Position numbers and translations under genes: made by a program. This document shows positions 1 to 9,356 of a stretch of DNA of 64,000 nt, one piece after another (the stretch's first letter is position 1; every line of letters begins with the position of its first letter). The notes beneath the pieces were generated by a model that was not told where the DNA came from, did no database searches, and saw only the letters and a program-made list of their open reading frames with translations. Source of the DNA: an uncultured Methylomirabilota bacterium (GTDB lineage Bacteria; Methylomirabilota; Methylomirabilia; Methylomirabilales; 2-02-FULL-66-22); the NCBI GenBank assembly GCA_963845565.1, contig CAWJSJ010000005.1, positions 64,001-128,000 of the forward strand. Reading direction: 5' to 3'.

Positions 1-2
1 AG

Positions 3-584
3 GACTTCTGTCGTGCCTTCGTGGGCGCGTCCCGGACGGTGCAGGAGCTTCGCAACCGGCATCATCGAGAGATCACGGCGCGTGAGCGCTTCCAGCGCTT
101 TTTCGACGCGTTGGGTATTCCGACCGGGCCGGACGCCGACCGTCTCCTGGAGGCGGGAATCGCGGAGCACATGCGACTGCTCGCCCGCGCCATGGAGTTT
201 CCCGACGCGCATCGGGCCGTTCTGGAACGACTGCATCCCCGCTTTCGGCTGGCCGTGGTCTCCAATTTCGACTACGCCCCCACGGTCAACGCCACCCTGC
301 GGGCCGAGGGTATCCTGGATCGCTTCGAGACGGTGGTAGTCTCGGCGGACGTGGGGTGGTGCAAGCCCCGGCCGGAGATCTTTGCCGAGACGCTGCGGCG
401 GATGGGCCTCGCCCCCGCGGATGCCATCTTCGTCGGGGACACGCCGGAGGCGGACGTGGTCGGCGCGCAGGGGATGGGCCTGGACGTTGTCTGGATCGAT
501 CGTGGGACCGTGCCACTCCCGCCCGAGACTCCTGCACCGACGCACACGGTGTCGAGTTTTGCAGGGGTCGCCGATCTGCTTTAG
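3..584 (+). CDS. HAD-superfamily hydrolase (5'-partial, frame open to window edge)
   Basis: HAD motifs VVSNFD, KPRPEIF, FVGDT...DVVGA; motif I lies upstream of the window. Confidence 0.85.
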   Translation, partial: DFCRAFVGASRTVQELRNRHHREITARERFQRFFDALGIPTGPDADRLLEAGIAEHMRLLARAMEFPDAHRAVLERLHPRFRLAVVSNFDYAPTVNATLRAEGILDRFETVVVSADVGWCKPRPEIFAETLRRMGLAPADAIFVGDTPEADVVGAQGMGLDVVWIDRGTVPLPPETPAPTHTVSSFAGVADLL

Positions 585-674
585 CCGGACCCGCCCGCCG
601 CTTGCATTTTGGAGCGGGATGTAGTACCCGTATCCCGGGGTCAGACAAACCCGTAACCGATAAGGAGGCGAACC

Positions 675-1691
675 ATGGCACGGACAGGAAGGTGGCTGGC
701 AGGGGTGGGTTTCGTCGCGTGCGTGCTGGCCGGGGTCCTGGGGACGGCCTGGGCGCAGGGCAAGCCGGAAAACACCGTGGTGGTTTACTCGGCGGCCGAC
801 TCCGACATGGTGAACGCGGTGGCGGCGGCCTTCGAGAAGAAGTATCCCGGCATCAAGGTCTCCACCGTGGTGGCCGGGACGGGGGAGATCATCAAGCGCA
901 TGGAGGCGGAGCAGGCGCGACCACTGGGCGACGTGGGCTGGAGCTTCGGACCGGAGGCGATCGGCGACAAGAAGGGGCTGTTCGAGCCATACCTTTCCGC
1001 AGAGGCGTCCAGCTTCTTCCCCGGTCAGGTGCCGGCGGACCGGGTCTGGTCGCCCTTCACCACCATGCCGTACGTGATCATGTACAACAAGAAGCTGGTG
1101 AGCGAGGCGGAGAAGCCGAAGGCCTGGAAGGACGTCCTGGACCCGAAGTGGAAGGGGAAGGTGGCCTACGCCGATGCCTCGAAGTCTGGGTCGTCCTACA
1201 CCTTGCTTGTCACCTGGCTGACCCTCTATGGGAAGAACGAGACCGGTTGGAAATTTGTCGAGGATCTGCTCCGCCAGTGCAAAGTCCTGCCCAAGTCCAG
1301 CATGACCTACCAGGGCGTCGCGAACGGCGAGTATCCCATCGGGCTGACCTTCGAGCAGGCGGCCTTCGAATACCTGAAGGGCGGGGCGCCCATCGGCCTG
1401 ATCTACCCCTCGGAGGGGACGGCCATCACGCTGGACGGCAGTGCCGTCATCAAGAACGCGCCGCACCCGAACGCGGCCAAGCTGTTCCTGGATTGGACCG
1501 TGTCGAAAGAGATGCAGCAGCTCATGGTGGAGCGGTTCGGCCGCCGCTCGGTGCGGAAGGACGTCGGCTCGCCCGCCGGTCTGCCGGTCCTGGACCAGAT
1601 CAAAGCCATCCAGTACGACCTGGATTATGCGGCCAAGACGCGCACCGAACTCCTCAAGCGGTTCCAGGATGCGTTGATCAAGACCCAGTGA
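675..1691 (+). CDS. ABC transporter substrate-binding protein (AfuA/FbpA-like, Fe3+/sugar-phosphate class)
   Basis: Signal peptide ending AWA; VVYSA, PKAWKDVLDPKWKGKVAYAD, SGSSY, IKNAPHPNAAKLFLDW; AGGAGG RBS. Confidence 0.9.
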   Translation: MARTGRWLAGVGFVACVLAGVLGTAWAQGKPENTVVVYSAADSDMVNAVAAAFEKKYPGIKVSTVVAGTGEIIKRMEAEQARPLGDVGWSFGPEAIGDKKGLFEPYLSAEASSFFPGQVPADRVWSPFTTMPYVIMYNKKLVSEAEKPKAWKDVLDPKWKGKVAYADASKSGSSYTLLVTWLTLYGKNETGWKFVEDLLRQCKVLPKSSMTYQGVANGEYPIGLTFEQAAFEYLKGGAPIGLIYPSEGTAITLDGSAVIKNAPHPNAAKLFLDWTVSKEMQQLMVERFGRRSVRKDVGSPAGLPVLDQIKAIQYDLDYAAKTRTELLKRFQDALIKTQ

Positions 1692-1779
1692 ACGGGGCCG
1701 ATTCGGCGATGCGATCGTCGGGGAAGCGAGGCGAGTCTGCGGCCTCGCTTCCCTTTTTGCGCGGGCAGGATGGGACACC

Positions 1780-2871
1780 ATGACACGCGTCCAAGTCCAG
1801 GGGGTCGTCAAGCGATTCGGGGAGATGCCGGCCATTGACGGCATCAGTCTGGAGGTCAGGCCGGGCGAACTGTTCACGCTGGTCGGTCCCAGCGGCTGTG
1901 GCAAGACCACGCTCCTTAGAATCATCGCGGGTCTCCTGGAGCAGGATGCGGGCAGTGTCCTCTTCAATGAAGACCGGATGGACGAGGTTCCCCCCTACCT
2001 TCGCAACATCGGCGTCGTCTTCCAGAGCTACGCCATCTTCCCCCATCTCACGGTGGGCGAAAACATCGCCTATGGCTTGAAGGCGCGCCGCGTTTCACCC
2101 GATCGGATTACCGCCAAGGTGGCGGAGGCGGGCCACCTGGTGCAACTTGAAGGCCTCCTGGACCGGATGCCCAGTCAGCTTTCCGGCGGGCAGCAGCAGC
2201 GGGTGGTCCTGGCCCGGGCGCTGGTGATCGAGCCGCGGCTGCTCCTGATGGACGAGCCGCTGTCGAACCTGGACGCGAAGCTGCGCGTCCAGATCCGCTC
2301 GCTGATCCGGGCCGTGCAACGTGAGCTCCAGATCACCACCATCTATGTGACCCACGACCAGGAGGAGGCTCTGGCCATCTCGGATACCATCGCGGTGATG
2401 GATCGGGGCCGGGTGCTCCAGGTGGGGAAGCCTTGGGAGCTGTACCTCAAGCCGGCCAACCGTTTCGTGGCGGACTTCATCGGCACCATGAACGTCTTCC
2501 GCGGTCGCGTGGAGGACGGTGGCGCGGGCGAACTGCGGGCGTTGGTGACGGGTTTCGGCGAACGCTGGCAGGTGCCCGCCGCAGGCGCGCCAGGGGCCTC
2601 GATCTCGGTCGGGGTGCGGCCCGAGTCGCTCGCACTGGAGCCGGGCGCAAACGCTGGTGAGGCGTGGAACTCGCTCACGGGAACGGTCACAGAAGCGGCC
2701 TACCTGGGGGCGGTCGTCCGGTACGAGGTGCGGGTGGCGGACGGCCTCACCGTCACCGCCGACATCCACAATCCGGACTTCGCCGCCATCCGGATGGTGG
2801 GGGACCGCGTGACGCTGTGGTTTGCCGCCAATCGGGCCGTTCTCCTGCCCGACCACGCGGGCGAGGCATAG
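1780..2871 (+). CDS. ABC transporter ATP-binding protein (PotA/AfuC-like, C-terminal TOBE)
   Basis: Walker A GPSGCGKTT, LSGGQQQR signature, LLMDEP, YVTHDQEEA. Confidence 0.95.
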   Translation: MTRVQVQGVVKRFGEMPAIDGISLEVRPGELFTLVGPSGCGKTTLLRIIAGLLEQDAGSVLFNEDRMDEVPPYLRNIGVVFQSYAIFPHLTVGENIAYGLKARRVSPDRITAKVAEAGHLVQLEGLLDRMPSQLSGGQQQRVVLARALVIEPRLLLMDEPLSNLDAKLRVQIRSLIRAVQRELQITTIYVTHDQEEALAISDTIAVMDRGRVLQVGKPWELYLKPANRFVADFIGTMNVFRGRVEDGGAGELRALVTGFGERWQVPAAGAPGASISVGVRPESLALEPGANAGEAWNSLTGTVTEAAYLGAVVRYEVRVADGLTVTADIHNPDFAAIRMVGDRVTLWFAANRAVLLPDHAGEA

Positions 2872-2872
2872 G

Positions 2873-4522
2873 ATGCGCGGCCGACGCCGAGACCTCTGGT
2901 GGACCGTGACGGTCGCGGCCTTCCTCACGGTCCTGGCGTTCCTCGTCTATCCACTGGTCACCGTTCTTGTCACCAGCTTCAGCGGCGACGACAAGCGCTT
3001 CGTCCTGGCCGCCAACTATGAGCGCTTTTTCACTCACCGGTACTACTATTCCAGCATCATTAACAGTCTGTATTTGAGCACCCTCGCCACGCTGGGGGCG
3101 CTTCTTCTCGGTACGACCCTGGCCTTTGCCGTGGCCCGGTATCCGTTGCCCGGCAGGCCGTTCCTGCGCGCCGCAGCCAATCTGGCTCTCCTGTCGCCCC
3201 CCTTCATCGGGGCCTATTCCTGGGTGGTGTTGTTCGGTCGCATGGGGCTCGTGAACCGGATACTGGGGGAGTTCGGCTGGAGCCTGCCCACCATTTACGG
3301 CTGGCGCGGGATCCTGCTGGTCTTCATCGTGCAATACTTTCCCTTCGTCTTCCTCCTGGTGTCGGCGGCCCTCCGATCCGTGGATCAGTCCATCGAGGAC
3401 GCGGCCCTGAGCCTGGGCTCCCCGCCCCGGCGGACGATCCGCACGGCCATCTTGCCCATCTTGGCTCCGTCGCTCACGGCCGGCGGCCTGCTGGTGTTCA
3501 TGGGGACCATGGCCGATTTCGGCACGCCCATGATCATCGGTGAGGGATTGCGCACGCTGCCCACGCTGATGTACGGGGAGTTCATGAACGAGTTGGGCGG
3601 CAACCCGGCCATGGCGAGTACGCTGGGGAGCCTGCTCATCCTGGTGAACACCGTCGCGCTGATGGCGCAGCGGTACTACGCCTTCCGCAAGGCCTACAAC
3701 GTGGTCTGCATCCAGCCGCTGCAGGTGAAGCGCACCAGCCGCCGGCAGCTCCTCCTGCTGACCGTATTCGCCTACGCGGTGGTGATCGTGGCCCTCATCC
3801 CGGCCCTCACCATCATCATCTCCTCGTTCATGCCGACCAAGGGCCCGGTGATGTACGCGGGCTTCAGTCTGCAGAGCTACCAGACCATCTTCTTCCGGGT
3901 CCCGCGCGCCATCGCCAACACGTTCGGTCTCACGGCGCTGGCCGTGGTCCTGGACGTGTTCCTGGGCGTGCTCGTGGCCTACCTCTTGGCGCGGCGGCGA
4001 TCGCGGGCCCACGCGATTCTGGACAGCCTGATCATGCTGGCCTACGCGATCCCGGGTACGGTGGTCGGGGTAGGGCTGATCGTGGTCTACAACCGGCCGC
4101 CGGTCGTCCTGACGGGCACCTGGGTCATCCTCCTGGTGTCCTATTTCATCCGGCATCTCCCGTACCCGGTTCGCTCCTGCACGGCCATGCTCCAGCAGAT
4201 CGACATCCGAGTGGAGGAGGCCTCGGTCAGTCTGGGTGTGCCGCCGTTCCGCACGTTCGTCAAGGTGACCATTCCCCTGATGTTTCCCGCCATCATCTCG
4301 GGGGCGGCGCTGGCGTGGATGACCACCATCGGCGAGCTCAGCTCCAGCATCCTGCTCTACTCGGGTCCCTGGGCCACCATGTCTGTCGCCATCTTCACAG
4401 AGGTCTTCAGCAACCATTTCGGGACCGCCTCGGCCCTGGCCTCGATCCTGATCGTGGCGGCCTTCGTGCCGCTGTTCCTGACTTATCGAGTGCTGGGGGA
4501 GCGCGGAGCGCTCGGGGTGTGA
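2873..4522 (+). CDS. ABC transporter permease, two-module (AfuB/FbpB-like)
   Basis: Multi-TM protein with two EAA loops (IEDAALSLGS, VEEASVSLGV); ATG 1 nt after the upstream stop. Confidence 0.92.
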   Translation: MRGRRRDLWWTVTVAAFLTVLAFLVYPLVTVLVTSFSGDDKRFVLAANYERFFTHRYYYSSIINSLYLSTLATLGALLLGTTLAFAVARYPLPGRPFLRAAANLALLSPPFIGAYSWVVLFGRMGLVNRILGEFGWSLPTIYGWRGILLVFIVQYFPFVFLLVSAALRSVDQSIEDAALSLGSPPRRTIRTAILPILAPSLTAGGLLVFMGTMADFGTPMIIGEGLRTLPTLMYGEFMNELGGNPAMASTLGSLLILVNTVALMAQRYYAFRKAYNVVCIQPLQVKRTSRRQLLLLTVFAYAVVIVALIPALTIIISSFMPTKGPVMYAGFSLQSYQTIFFRVPRAIANTFGLTALAVVLDVFLGVLVAYLLARRRSRAHAILDSLIMLAYAIPGTVVGVGLIVVYNRPPVVLTGTWVILLVSYFIRHLPYPVRSCTAMLQQIDIRVEEASVSLGVPPFRTFVKVTIPLMFPAIISGAALAWMTTIGELSSSILLYSGPWATMSVAIFTEVFSNHFGTASALASILIVAAFVPLFLTYRVLGERGALGV

Positions 4523-4532
4523 GGAGCGGATC

Positions 4533-6068
4533 ATGCCGGACGGATTCCGCCGGACCTTACTCCGGCTCCTGGGGCGAATGCCCGCGCGGTGCGCCCTCCG
4601 CGCCGCGACGATAGAGCGTGTGGCGATTCCCGGGGGGGTCCGGGAGAAGGTCAGCTACACGGTGGAGCGCGGGGACCGGGTGCACGCCTACCTGTTCCTT
4701 CCCGAAGCGCCCGGCCCCCATCCCGCCGTCCTCTGCGTCCACCAGCACAACCGCGAATTCCATCTGGGGAAGAGCGAACCGGCGGGCCTGGCCGGGAATC
4801 CGGAGCAGGCGTACGCTCTGGAGCTGTCCCGGCGCGGCTACGTGACGTTGGCGCCGGATGCGATCGGGTTCGAGGAGCGCCAGCATCCGATCCTGCGGGG
4901 CCAGGACTACGAGCGGTTCGAGGCCACCAAGCGGCTGACCGAGGGGTCGTCTCTCCAGGCGAAGATGCTCTGGGACCTGAGGCGTGGCCTGGATTATCTC
5001 ACCGCCCGGAGAGAGGTGGACCCAAACCGGGTCGGCTGTCTCGGGCATTCGCTGGGGGGACAGGAGACGCTCTTCCTCTCCGCCGTGGACCGACGGGTTG
5101 CGGCGGCGGTGTCGAGCTGCGGGTTCAGCAGTTACCAGGCGATCTTCGACGCCGCGATCAATCACAACTTCGCCGCGTACGTGCCGGGGCTGCTGCGCCA
5201 TGGGGGCGTGGGGCGTGTCCTTGGCCTGGCGGCGCCGCGACCGTTTCTGGCGCTGGCGGGGCGCGACGATCCCATCTTTCCCCTGGCCGGCGTCCGGGCC
5301 ACCGTGCGCGCCGCGCGGGGACCGTACGCGGGGGCGAAGGATGGCGTGCGGCTCCGAGTTTTCCCGGGGGGCCACGGCTTCTCGGCCGCCATGCGGGGGG
5401 CCGCCTACGCCTGGTTCGACCGCTGGCTTTGTGCGTGGAGGATCGTGATGGAACAGGACTCGGCAATTCGGCTGATCATCAGCGACTTTGGGGGCGTCAT
5501 CTGCACCTATGACTACCGGATCTTTTGCGGGCGACTGGCTGAGCGGATCGGCAAGAGTGCCGACGAGATCTACGCGGCGGTGTACGGCAGCGACCTACAG
5601 ATCGAGTTCGAGCGAGGGGGGTTGTCCGGACCGGAATACCACCGGAAGGTGATGGGGCTCTTCGGGGTGGACATGCCGTATGCCGAATTTTTCCGGATGT
5701 ATGGGGACATCTTCACCGAAATACCGGCCACGTGCGACCTGCTGCGCCGGCTGCGTACGCGGTACCCCCTCTACCTGCTCTCCGATACCAACGAGATCCA
5801 CTTCGGCTATGTCCGGCAGACAGTCGAGGTGCTCCAAATCTTCGAGGCCTTCATCGTGTCGTACGAAGTCCGCGCCATGAAGCCGGACCCGCCGATTTTT
5901 TTGGAGGCCGTGCGTCGGTCGGGTATCCCGGCGGAGGCCTGCGTCTTCATCGACGATCGGCCCGGAAACGTCGAGGGAGCGAGGCGGGTGGGGATGCACG
6001 CCGTTCAGTTCCACTCTCCGGAGCAGTGCGCCGCCGACCTCGCCCGGCTGGGGGTGGTCATTCCGTGA
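4533..6068 (+). CDS. alpha/beta hydrolase (dienelactone hydrolase-like) in frame with a HAD phosphatase
   Basis: N-part GHSLGG nucleophile elbow, D..PIFP, GGHGF; C-part ISDFGGV, LSDTN, KPDPPIF, FIDDR; internal GGAGGA+ATG at 5437-5450. Confidence 0.8.
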   Translation: MPDGFRRTLLRLLGRMPARCALRAATIERVAIPGGVREKVSYTVERGDRVHAYLFLPEAPGPHPAVLCVHQHNREFHLGKSEPAGLAGNPEQAYALELSRRGYVTLAPDAIGFEERQHPILRGQDYERFEATKRLTEGSSLQAKMLWDLRRGLDYLTARREVDPNRVGCLGHSLGGQETLFLSAVDRRVAAAVSSCGFSSYQAIFDAAINHNFAAYVPGLLRHGGVGRVLGLAAPRPFLALAGRDDPIFPLAGVRATVRAARGPYAGAKDGVRLRVFPGGHGFSAAMRGAAYAWFDRWLCAWRIVMEQDSAIRLIISDFGGVICTYDYRIFCGRLAERIGKSADEIYAAVYGSDLQIEFERGGLSGPEYHRKVMGLFGVDMPYAEFFRMYGDIFTEIPATCDLLRRLRTRYPLYLLSDTNEIHFGYVRQTVEVLQIFEAFIVSYEVRAMKPDPPIFLEAVRRSGIPAEACVFIDDRPGNVEGARRVGMHAVQFHSPEQCAADLARLGVVIP

Positions 6069-6985
6069 ACGACGATGCGAAGATCTTCGACGGGCACATG
6101 CACCTCCTCACGGCGGAGACCCAGCGTGAGGAATTGGCGTGGCTTCCGGCCGGGTCGCCCCGCGTGGCGGCGGCGGCGCGGGCGCGACGCGAGCGGTACG
6201 AACGGGAGCAGTCCATCGCGTCTGCCGTGCCCACCGACGAGCCAGTGGAGAGCGCGTCCGCTCGCTGGGTGGCAGAGCTGGATCGGCACGGCGTGGCCGC
6301 CGCGGCCGTCCTGGCCCTGGCCCCCCGACCCGACGCATTGCGTCGTTTCGCGGCCTGCCGCCCCGACCGGTTTTTCGCCTTCACCTTCGTGAACCCCTGG
6401 GAGGCCGATGCGCCGGCGGTTCTGGAGGAGGACGTTCGACGGCGGGGCTTTCGCGGGTTGAAGCTTTATCCCTCCATCCAGCAGTTCCACGCCTACGACG
6501 AGCGGGCCTATCCGGTGTACGAGCGGGCCGAGGCCCTGGGCATCCCGATCGTGTTTCATTTCGGCATCACGCTGGACTACCGATCCGACCTGCGCTACTC
6601 GAATCCTCTCGACCTGCACCCGGTGGCCCGCGACTTTCCGGCGTTGCCCTTGATCGTGGCCCATGCCGGGGCGGGCTTCTTCCGCGAAACCCTCTTTCTC
6701 GCCTACCATTGCGCCAACGTCCATGCGGATACCTCCGGTTCGGGAACGTGGATGCGGTACCTGCCGCAACCGTTGACCCTGCCGGCAGTGCTGGAGCGGC
6801 TCCTGGACGTCTTCGGTCCCGACCGGATTCTCTTCGGCACGGATTCGCGCCACGCCGCGGAAGGCTACCGGCACTGGCTGTTGCGATCGCACCGGGAGGC
6901 ACTGGAGGCGCTCCAGGTGTCGGATGCAGGACGCCGGGCCATCCTGGGGGGGAACATGGCCCGGCTGCTTCGGATACCATGGTGA
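6065..6985 (+). CDS. amidohydrolase family 2 protein
   Basis: DGHMH metal motif, GFRGLKLYP, PIVFHFG, IVAHAG, RILFGTD; GTGA overlap with the upstream stop. Confidence 0.9.
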   Translation: MNDDAKIFDGHMHLLTAETQREELAWLPAGSPRVAAAARARRERYEREQSIASAVPTDEPVESASARWVAELDRHGVAAAAVLALAPRPDALRRFAACRPDRFFAFTFVNPWEADAPAVLEEDVRRRGFRGLKLYPSIQQFHAYDERAYPVYERAEALGIPIVFHFGITLDYRSDLRYSNPLDLHPVARDFPALPLIVAHAGAGFFRETLFLAYHCANVHADTSGSGTWMRYLPQPLTLPAVLERLLDVFGPDRILFGTDSRHAAEGYRHWLLRSHREALEALQVSDAGRRAILGGNMARLLRIPW

Positions 6986-6989
6986 GTGC

Positions 6990-7937
6990 ATGAGCGGGCT
7001 GGACGTGGTCGCGGTCGGAGAGCTCAACCCGGACCTGATCCTGGACGGCATGGCCGGCCCGCCGCGGTTGGGCCGGGAGATCCTGGCGGAGCGCGCGACC
7101 TTCACCTTGGGCAGCTCGACCGCCCTCTGCGCCGCGAACCTGGCTGCCCTGGGCCTTTCGGTGGGAATTATAGGCAAGGTGGGGGCCGACCAGTTCGGCG
7201 AGTTCGTGGTCCAGGCGCTGTCCGGGCGAGGCATAGACGTCAGTCACGTGATCCGAGATGCCTCCGTGCGCACCGGGGTCACGGTGTCGCTGGCGTACCC
7301 GGAGGACCGCGCCATGGTGACCTACCCCGGCGCCATGGCGCACCTGTCGGCGGCGGAGCTGGACCTGGGTTACCTGACGTCGGCGAGACACGTGCACGTG
7401 TCGTCCCTCTTTCTCCAGCGGGCACTGCAGCCGGGATGCGCCGCGGTGATCCGGCAGCTACGGACGGACGGCCTGACCGTGTCGCTCGACCCCGGCTGGG
7501 ATCCCTTCGAGGCGTGGGACGCGGGGATCGAGGGCCTGTATGGCGACCTGAACATCTTGTTCGTGAATCGGGTCGAGGCGACGGCGTTGGGGAAGGATCC
7601 CGACTGGCGGCGGGCGGCCACCCGGCTCGCAGCGCGGGTGCCTCTGGTGGCCGTGAAGCGCGGCCCGGAGGGCGCGAGCGTCATCCGGGGTGGCGTGTGG
7701 CAGGACCATCCGGGGTTCTCGGTGAAGGCGGTGGACCCCACGGGTGCGGGCGACGCCTTCAATGCGGGGTTCCTGCTGGGGTACCTGAACGGGTGGACGG
7801 TGGAAGCGTGCGCCACCTGGGCGAACGCCTGCGGGGCGTTGACCGTGGGCCGGCCGGGCGGCAGCGGTGCCTTTGCCGGCCGGACCGAGGTGGAGGGGTT
7901 CATCCGGTCCCAGGCGGGGACTGGGGCAGGCTGCTGA
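6990..7937 (+). CDS. PfkB family carbohydrate kinase
   Basis: GELNPDL, GKVGADQFG, VDPTGAGDAFNAGFL PfkB signature. Confidence 0.92.
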   Translation: MSGLDVVAVGELNPDLILDGMAGPPRLGREILAERATFTLGSSTALCAANLAALGLSVGIIGKVGADQFGEFVVQALSGRGIDVSHVIRDASVRTGVTVSLAYPEDRAMVTYPGAMAHLSAAELDLGYLTSARHVHVSSLFLQRALQPGCAAVIRQLRTDGLTVSLDPGWDPFEAWDAGIEGLYGDLNILFVNRVEATALGKDPDWRRAATRLAARVPLVAVKRGPEGASVIRGGVWQDHPGFSVKAVDPTGAGDAFNAGFLLGYLNGWTVEACATWANACGALTVGRPGGSGAFAGRTEVEGFIRSQAGTGAGC

Positions 7938-8097
7938 AAAAGGCCCATCTGCAGCGTTGGCCCGCCTCGCCACTCGCTGCGGCGTACTTCCAGTACGCCT
8001 GGACCCATCTGCGATGGGTACCCCGGCCTTAGGCGCGCCGCCTTGCATCTGGACCTTTTTGAGCAGCCTGAGTGAAAGCGTGTTTTTCAGCATCCTG
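7927..8097. mobile_element. MITE-like repeat family B, copy 1
   Basis: CAGGCTGCTGAAAAA ... TTTTTGAGCAGCCTG plus outer TTTTTCAGCATCCTG inverted ends; homologous reversed copy at 49770-49938. Confidence 0.75.
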
Positions 8098-8179
8098 TTT
8101 AGGGGTGGGCGGTGGGTCCGAGGAGGTCGGCCCTCCTCTCCCCTCACCCCGATTCCCTTCCAAGAAAGGACGTTTCATC

Positions 8180-9217
8180 ATGCGAGGTGCACTGACGCTT
8201 CGAGAGATCCAGGATCAACCGTTGGCGTGGGCGGCGGCGCTCCAGCGTTTCGAACGGGACACCGCACGGGTGAACCGGTTCTTCGAGAAGCGGCCTCCCG
8301 ATGCCGCGGTCTTCACGGGGTGCGGATCGTCCTATTATCTCTCGATGACGGCGGCGGCGGTCTTCCAGGAGATCACCGGCCTACCGGCCAAGGCCGTACC
8401 GGCGTCGGAGATCCTGCAGTTCCCCGACAGCGTGTTCGCGCAGGACTCGACACCCGTGCTGGTGGCCGCGTCGCGGTCGGGGACCACTACCGAAACGGTC
8501 CGCGCCGTGAAGGCGGCCCGCCGCCGGGGTGTCGCCACGCTGTGCCTCACGTGCGCGGCTCGAAGTCCGCTGGCGCTGGCGGCGGAGGCGACGCTCTCGT
8601 CTCCGAAAGGCGGCGAGCGCAGTGTGGTCATGACCAAGTCGTTCAGCAGCCTGTTGCTTCTCGGGCTTGCCCTGGCCGCGGAGCGGGGCGGGAACGAACG
8701 GCTGCGGTGCGAGTTGCAGCGGCTGCCGGCGCTGGGGAAGCGGGCGCTTCGGACCGCCATCCCGTTGATGCGGGACGTCGGTACGAGCGCCGCTCGCTTT
8801 GCGTTTCTCGGCGGCGGGCCGGCCCACGGCATCGCCTGGGAGGCTATGTTGAAGATGACCGAGATGGCCCAGCGGATGGCGGTGGCGTATCATCCGCTGG
8901 AGTTCCGGCACGGCCCGATCGCCGTGGCGGGGCCGGGGACGGTGGCGGTGATGTTCGGGACCGAGGCCGGGGCTCGGCTGGAGGCGGCCCTGATCCGGGA
9001 CCTGCGGCGACTCGGGGCCACGGTGGTGCTCCTGCGGGACGAAGGGCGGGCCGCCACGGAGGCCGACGTGGACGTGACCCTGGGGATGGGCCTGTCCGAT
9101 GCCGCCCGGTCGCTCCTCTACCTCCCCTTCGCCCAGGCGCTGGCGTACTGGCGAGCCGTCGGATCCGGCCTGGACCCCGATCGGCCGCAGCATCTGACGG
9201 CGGCCGTCCACCTGTGA
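8180..9217 (+). CDS. SIS-domain sugar-phosphate isomerase/deglycase (GlmS C-terminal/FrlB/AgaS-like)
   Basis: EIQDQP, TGCGSSY, SRSGTTTET, SVVMTKSF, EAMLKMTE, LEFRHGP, GLDPDRPQHL. Confidence 0.9.
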   Translation: MRGALTLREIQDQPLAWAAALQRFERDTARVNRFFEKRPPDAAVFTGCGSSYYLSMTAAAVFQEITGLPAKAVPASEILQFPDSVFAQDSTPVLVAASRSGTTTETVRAVKAARRRGVATLCLTCAARSPLALAAEATLSSPKGGERSVVMTKSFSSLLLLGLALAAERGGNERLRCELQRLPALGKRALRTAIPLMRDVGTSAARFAFLGGGPAHGIAWEAMLKMTEMAQRMAVAYHPLEFRHGPIAVAGPGTVAVMFGTEAGARLEAALIRDLRRLGATVVLLRDEGRAATEADVDVTLGMGLSDAARSLLYLPFAQALAYWRAVGSGLDPDRPQHLTAAVHL

Positions 9218-9356
9218 GCGGGTTCGGAGCCGTTGCGAAATAACTTGTCCATGGCTTGCGCCGCCGCCGGCGCGTTGACGAAGAGCGGTCTAGGGGGATA
9301 CCCTTGCCTGGGTCGGTGCTGGGGCAATGGCGGCCGACCGGGGAGGGGGCGGACCG

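Noticed and set aside
8072..8179. N-terminal extension of the SIS ORF in the ORF track
   Set aside because: Starts within MITE-B; the ATG at 8180 has an AAGGA RBS and matches the domain start.
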